DNA from: Sporopachydermia quercuum
Lineage: Eukaryota
Assembly: GCA_001599295.1 (NCBI GenBank)
Contig: BCGN01000002.1
Coordinates: 744,001 to 808,000, forward strand
Length of the DNA stretch: 64,000 bases
Direction of reading: 5' to 3'
Position numbers and translations under genes: made by a program. Shown here one piece after another: positions 58,515 through 64,000 of the stretch. The notes beneath the pieces were generated by a model that had not been told where the DNA came from, ran no database searches, and worked only from the letters and a program-made list of their open reading frames with translations. The first letter of the stretch is position 1. Each line of letters starts with the position of its first letter.

Positions 58515-59418
58515 TGTTGATACTATTCAATCCAACAGTTACTTCTTCTTCGTATACAACAACCGTACTAAAAGACGTTTTGCACCGTAGGAAAACTGTT
58601 TGTTTTTACTATCAGAACAACCTTACAGGCTCCAACCGTTGTCATAAGATCTATCCTTCCATCTTGTTGATAAGTAAGTATCAGTAGTAGTTTCAACAGG
58701 AAGTAGAAACAACGTAAAATGATAATTATGGAGAGTGAAAAATTGACCCTCCAAACACCTTTTGGTGAGTTGTGAGGTTTATCCGAGAAGAGACTCGAAG
58801 TCTTAAAAAGGGGGCGGCTGAAGATATTTTGTTCCTGGGGCAGAACCCAAAGGATGGGGACAAAATGGGGTCAGTTGGACTAATTTCGGATGAGGATGGG
58901 GTTGTATAGGAAGCACACAATGGAATAAGAATAAATGATGATTGGCGGCGGAGATTTAATCCGGTTGGAGTGTTTCAGGAGTGTCATGATTGATAGTCAT
59001 TTGATTTTGATCTAAGAATATACATCTATACCCGTCCAGTGGATCATGTGATCACATGATTGAGTTGACTAGTCATTGCATGAGTAGCTTGNAGACATAT
59101 TAAAGAGCATCTAAACTACGTGAAATTGAGAATGTGACTTTATATTATCATTAAATTACTCCCTGAGGATTTCAACTGTTGCATCTTGATTGTTCTCTAA
59201 TTTACATGACCGTGAAGATTCACGCTCACTACTGTAACCTTGCAGAATGCCATTTGATCACGCCCTTCGCTTATAGTGATTGCCGGCATATGGCGAAAAC
59301 AACATAAATCGAAATGTAGACCAAGTAAAATTAGCCCCAGACATCCGCCAATAAGCATGACGTGCTTTCTTTGATCTAATACTGTAACTACCATGTGCCA
59401 AGCCAGGTCAGAATTCAT

Positions 59419-61638
59419 TTACAAAGGAAGCGGAGACGCAGGAACATCAGAAGAATAAATACCAAATCCTGGAATACCCAGTTGAGATGCATTTTGTAAC
59501 GACGCAAGTGAAAATTCAGACACTTGATCCAAATAGTCTTCTAATTTTCCTCCCTCTTGTAAAGCTACAAAATAGCCATAGCCCTCATCTGCAATAATTT
59601 CCGAAACTTGGACCAATCGTTTCCAACAGCGTGTTAAGCCTAAATTACTCTCAACAGACAAACGGTATACCGAATGAACCTGGTTCAACAGGTGGAAAGT
59701 GTAAATAGCTTTCATTCTTTTAGCTCTTGCTTGAGTATCATTATGCTTGCTTTTCGCTAATTGGCCAAACATGTCCATTCTGAGGAACTGCTTGAATTCT
59801 TCTATCATCTCTGATAGTTCAAACTCTGTTAAACTCTCGGAATTATTGTTCGAAACGATTCTTTCAAGTATTTCGTCATATTTTATCACATGAGTCACAA
59901 ACTTGGATATTTGTTCCAACTCTCGTCTTTCGGTTTTGATTGTCTTGTCATCTGTAACTGAAGACCCTGCTATACCTAAAACGTGTCTATCATAAGCTTT
60001 AAATATCTCATCAGTCGGAGCGGCTGAATACAACGTAACTGCTGCTAATAAATTTCCTGACGAAAGAAATAAATTGTATATTTGAATACCATATTTAATG
60101 GTTTGCACTGGCATATCAGCATCCATAAATAACCTGATACAATTGATAAGTCGTAAATTACTGGCATTGGCTTCTTCCTTGATCACAACATCTTTTGGAC
60201 TGACAGTCGTATCGAATGATGGTACTAATTCATTCAGTAAACTCACAATTGTCAGTTGTAAGGTGGAGGCTAAATCGATTTTGAACACGCGCGAAATTTC
60301 AATCATTGATCGTCGTTGATCTAAATACTCAACTTGACCAAGAATTCTTGCATAGAAACCTTCAGGTACTTCATGAGATTTGTTAATAGAAGCTATCGCC
60401 GAATAATATAAAGGAATCAGTAGGAATTTCTTTTTAGAAGCCAAAATTTCTATATATTTAGCGACTAATTTTGCCGACGGCTCAACGGAGAGAACTCTTT
60501 TCTCTTCGTCTGTCTCGCTAAGAAATAGAACTAGGGTTGTATAAATTCTAACAAATCTTTCCTCGAGTTCATTCTCCGGTTCTCTCAGTATACTATCAAT
60601 ATGTTCATTCACTACATTGTCTTTCAAGGATATAAATGATTCAAGAAACTTCCCTAAAGCTGAGCCAGAGGTGTAGTTAATTCCTGCTTGAGCGCATAAA
60701 TGTCGCAAAGTAACAGAATTAATGGCATCAACGTTCGTAGACCCGTTTGAATAAATGTAAAGTTCTAAGAATGAGTTCAGCACCTCAGATACTTTCACCA
60801 AAAGCTTCAGGTTCCATGATTCACATACTTTAAATACTGGTTCAGCAATGTTAGCCAAATAACCATAAATAGCCGTTTCATATTTATCAGAAATGTACGA
60901 CAGCGAAATCTTTGCACACGTGGTTTTGAAGGATTCCCATGCATTTTTCTGCTCTTCACGACTATTAACTGAATTCAAAGGGTCATAATGTTGATAATTA
61001 ACCCAGCTCTCTATAGCACTTGCTAATACAACGTCGTCAGCCATTCGACAAAATCCAATTGCATTATCAACATCTCCAGCTATAAGCATATGAAACAAAT
61101 CCTTGTGATAGGCTTTTAATATTTCGGACCCATTTGAATTTATACTAACAGCCTGGCCAGTGATCACAGCAAGAGATCTTCGCTGTGTAGCTTCTGCTAC
61201 NATTCTTTTAACTGTGCTTAGTTGATCACCACTTGGGATCCGAGGTTTTGGTACAGCCGATTGCAACCACAGAACTAAAGAATCTAATTCTCCTAATTTT
61301 TCGTACTGGTTAAAAGCTTTCAAACGAAGTATTCGATTGGATAAGGCTCCATTCTGTTGATCAATTGATTTACCATCACCATTAGTATCCTCATCACTAA
61401 TTCTTGCAGTTCTTAACAGTTCCACCAAATACCAAAACTGTCCTTCCAACGCCCATAATTCAGCAGCTTCCTCATCATTCCCTTGCAATGAGTTATAGCT
61501 TAAACTCACCTTCGATCTGAGATCTTCAACAAAGTCTTTGGGATTGTTCAGTCGGTTAAAATAAAGATCTTCTACTGCTTCATAGTACAGATCAAATTCA
61601 TCTGATTTATCAGTATCTACCACTGTGTCTTCTACCAT
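59419..61638 (-). CDS. NUP84: Nucleoporin Nup84/Nup107-like
   Basis: ELWALEGQFWYLVELL, LVLWLQ, LFHMLIAGDVDNAIGFC, YETAIYGYL..VCESW, YIEIL..LIPLY; helical solenoid composition. Confidence 0.7.
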   Translation of the reverse strand: MVEDTVVDTDKSDEFDLYYEAVEDLYFNRLNNPKDFVEDLRSKVSLSYNSLQGNDEEAAELWALEGQFWYLVELLRTARISDEDTNGDGKSIDQQNGALSNRILRLKAFNQYEKLGELDSLVLWLQSAVPKPRIPSGDQLSTVKRXVAEATQRRSLAVITGQAVSINSNGSEILKAYHKDLFHMLIAGDVDNAIGFCRMADDVVLASAIESWVNYQHYDPLNSVNSREEQKNAWESFKTTCAKISLSYISDKYETAIYGYLANIAEPVFKVCESWNLKLLVKVSEVLNSFLELYIYSNGSTNVDAINSVTLRHLCAQAGINYTSGSALGKFLESFISLKDNVVNEHIDSILREPENELEERFVRIYTTLVLFLSETDEEKRVLSVEPSAKLVAKYIEILASKKKFLLIPLYYSAIASINKSHEVPEGFYARILGQVEYLDQRRSMIEISRVFKIDLASTLQLTIVSLLNELVPSFDTTVSPKDVVIKEEANASNLRLINCIRLFMDADMPVQTIKYGIQIYNLFLSSGNLLAAVTLYSAAPTDEIFKAYDRHVLGIAGSSVTDDKTIKTERRELEQISKFVTHVIKYDEILERIVSNNNSESLTEFELSEMIEEFKQFLRMDMFGQLAKSKHNDTQARAKRMKAIYTFHLLNQVHSVYRLSVESNLGLTRCWKRLVQVSEIIADEGYGYFVALQEGGKLEDYLDQVSEFSLASLQNASQLGIPGFGIYSSDVPASPLPL

Positions 61639-62497
61639 AATGCAACTTTCCTCCGTTCAAAGAAGCTCTGAAAACTATTGCTACTACTTTTCAAGTAATT
61701 GATCCGTTGATCTTACTTTAAACCAGTACTATACTCATAATTATTGATTTATACCTACTTATTGATTGCTATCTGAATAACTCCAGTATTAAACCAAACA
61801 ATAACAAAAATCTAACGAAAAGGTGTCCGGTGAACTGTCCACACAACGGTCACGTGCACNAGTATCGAANTTTCAATTTCGGAAGAGATAATTTCTATTC
61901 TGGGTTGTTCATTATTTCCGTGTCTTGACCTTTGTCATATGTTTGAATAACACAGTTGAGTTAGGACAATGCGATGAGGAAGCGGTCCTTTTTGATACTA
62001 ATGAGTGATCTTCAATTACAGGGATACTTGATGAATACGACGAGAATTAGCTACCCAGTTCCAATTATTGTGCGTCTTATGCTCACATTATTTGAAATAG
62101 TAGTGCGCTATTTGCTATAGTCCAGTCGCCATCTTGATTCCCATAACTGCACCAGAAATCTCTTCATGGTCGATCTATCGCTTTTACTTGCATACTAATG
62201 GTAAACTTAACGCAATTGTTATCTAAGCTGGTTTCTAACCAAATTTCCGTATGAGCTAATTACTCTAGACTGAAGCTTCTGGATGGAAGGAAATCTGAAA
62301 ATATGATGGAGGGATATCTAACAGCTTAGCAGCAGTTTACTAGCCGATGAATACTTCTCTTGCTTTCTATTGACTATCATATAAACACATTATACATTCT
62401 CATCACCCAAATCATATGAAAAAATTGTAAGCGACACTCCACAGCCCACCATACATGAACTCTCATAGAAAACTAATCGCCATCCGCTATATCATCT

Positions 62498-64000
62498 CTA
62501 ACCATGTAAGCTCAATTCAATTGCATATTCACATATCACCATGACTTTAACCAAACCTTTCACAGTTGCTTGTCGTTGAACAACTATGACGTATTCCTCA
62601 GGACCAGCTAAAGAAACATTGGACAGCGTAATTCCATATATGCTTGAATCATATCCAGCCAGTGGACTTTTCAGTGACTCCACAGCAAAGGATCTATTCA
62701 CTATGCGCACTTGCAAAGGTTGTCCTGACATCGGATCAGCTACATGCAACAAAATAGGACATGTTCTTTTAATTCTAAGAAATGCTTGTCCTATGTCGGT
62801 CATCTCGACATTCACAACTCTGCAAAACTTATGTTTTGGTACCTGGGACAATTCAGTCATAGTGAACTGTTTTTCACTCTCAAAAATCACCTGAAAGTCC
62901 TCATATATTTTCCTTCGAAACGTAGAGGCCACTAAGACATAATTTGAGAAATACTGTAGATTGGCACTCAATTGATACACGCCATCATGATAAGATGGAT
63001 CTATTGTGAATAAAGACTTTTCATCATATTTGAATATTCGATCAGAAGTATCATTTCTAAACAGCTGAATTGATACAGGAACATTTGCTTTTGATATAAT
63101 TGTTATCTTAATTTTCACCGGCTCCCGTGATGTATCATGATCGAGGGTTATTCCAAACATGGGATTGGTAATATAACTGTAATTATTCCAAGTACCACCA
63201 GAAGANTCAATGTCCCATGAACCAGTCATTTCAGAGGTATAATTAAACATAGATTTTGCTTTCTCAACTTTTGGGATGTCCCAATTGCTATAAGTAAATA
63301 AACTAAAAGGAACCAAATTAGATATCACGTTTTCAAATCCAGATGCACCAACTACTAATGTGAATGAGCTTTTAGCTGGCAATTTAAACCTGGAAAATGA
63401 TTGATAAGTATTCAATTCAACTCCTCTTTTTATGAATGGTTTTTCGAATTTAGAAATAACTTTGAATCCCTCAGCATTTATCAGATGTAAAGCGAGCATT
63501 TCTTTACATATGTTTCCTTTGTTAAGCAGACTCTGATAATGTCTAGATAGAAATACCCAAACCTCTATTTCTTCAGCATATGGATTACTTAATCTATATT
63601 GGGGCATATAGAACAATTGGTATCCAAAATTCACGGCATTCTCGCAATTCCATATGAAATGGGTTACATTGTTATACTTCAAATGTTTAGGATTCCAATT
63701 CAGATACACGTTATCAAATATTGAGCAAATACCTTCAAAGCTGAACCATTTAGTAGATGCTGACGATGAAACATCAGCAGATTCACCATTTGAATGAGAT
63801 GTTTCTCCTCTCCAGGGATTTTTTACAAGCATTAAACGTTCACCATTTTTTTCTTTTAATTCTTTAACTGTGTAGTCNTGTTCAGATATTAAACTAAACT
63901 TTTGGTTTTCATTTTCCTTTGTGTCTGTTTGACTGTCACTCAAATATAATAATGCCAACTCTTGATCTAAAGAGGCGACTTTGGCACCAGTGCCAACACA
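62498..64000 (-). CDS. RIM13: Calpain-like protease Rim13/PalB, 3' part; 5' end lies beyond the window
   Basis: Frame is open to 64000. CVGTG, LISExDY (catalytic His position is an n), VKNPW, YLNWNP, PQY, VWVFLSRH, SSGG..Y..NPMF. Confidence 0.85.
   Translation of the reverse strand, partial: CVGTGAKVASLDQELALLYLSDSQTDTKENENQKFSLISEXDYTVKELKEKNGERLMLVKNPWRGETSHSNGESADVSSSASTKWFSFEGICSIFDNVYLNWNPKHLKYNNVTHFIWNCENAVNFGYQLFYMPQYRLSNPYAEEIEVWVFLSRHYQSLLNKGNICKEMLALHLINAEGFKVISKFEKPFIKRGVELNTYQSFSRFKLPAKSSFTLVVGASGFENVISNLVPFSLFTYSNWDIPKVEKAKSMFNYTSEMTGSWDIXSSGGTWNNYSYITNPMFGITLDHDTSREPVKIKITIISKANVPVSIQLFRNDTSDRIFKYDEKSLFTIDPSYHDGVYQLSANLQYFSNYVLVASTFRRKIYEDFQVIFESEKQFTMTELSQVPKHKFCRVVNVEMTDIGQAFLRIKRTCPILLHVADPMSGQPLQVRIVNRSFAVESLKSPLAGYDSSIYGITLSNVSLAGPEEYVIVVQRQATVKGLVKVMVICEYAIELSLHG

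Noticed and set aside
59330..59418. U1 snRNA-like sequence on the minus strand (..GACCTGGC..GATCAAAGAAAG)
   Set aside because: Lacks the invariant ACTTACC 5' end and a good Sm site.
5025..62935. Numerous 60-130 aa ORFs overlapping larger genes
   Set aside because: They are antisense or alternate-frame shadows of well-supported CDSs.
1..64000. tRNA, rRNA, CRISPR arrays, intact transposons or paired LTRs
   Set aside because: None recognised by eye; degenerate solo LTRs cannot be excluded without a self-alignment.

Overview
AT-rich budding-yeast (Saccharomycotina) nuclear DNA. The CTG codon checked at a conserved site reads as Leu, introns are frequent and a complex I assembly factor is present, so this is probably not Saccharomycetaceae. 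About 23 protein genes are supported: ADH6/7-like (partial), HDA2, UTP13, DPL1, ILV2, methylmalonate-semialdehyde dehydrogenase, an Sbe2-like TBC protein, a small hydrophilic protein, a PQ-loop transporter, ASP3, FET4, MRS6, RPS12, RAD17, PEX22, SCP1, a hypothetical protein, MRPL51, NDUFAF3, a DUF4149 protein, a small PAM2-motif protein, MET7, CDC60, NUP84 and RIM13 (partial). Eight genes are split by 12 introns that I reconstructed by hand. The main unexplained structure is an accessory tract at about 26-38 kb. There ASP3 and FET4 sit among heavily decayed Ty1/copia and Ty3/gypsy relics and a frameshifted fragment of the URA2 aspartate carbamoyltransferase domain, with a high density of ambiguous bases. 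It could be a retroelement sink or a (peri)centromeric region. No tRNA, rRNA or CRISPR array was recognised. I found no clearly novel multi-gene system. All family calls come from remembered motifs, not database searches.
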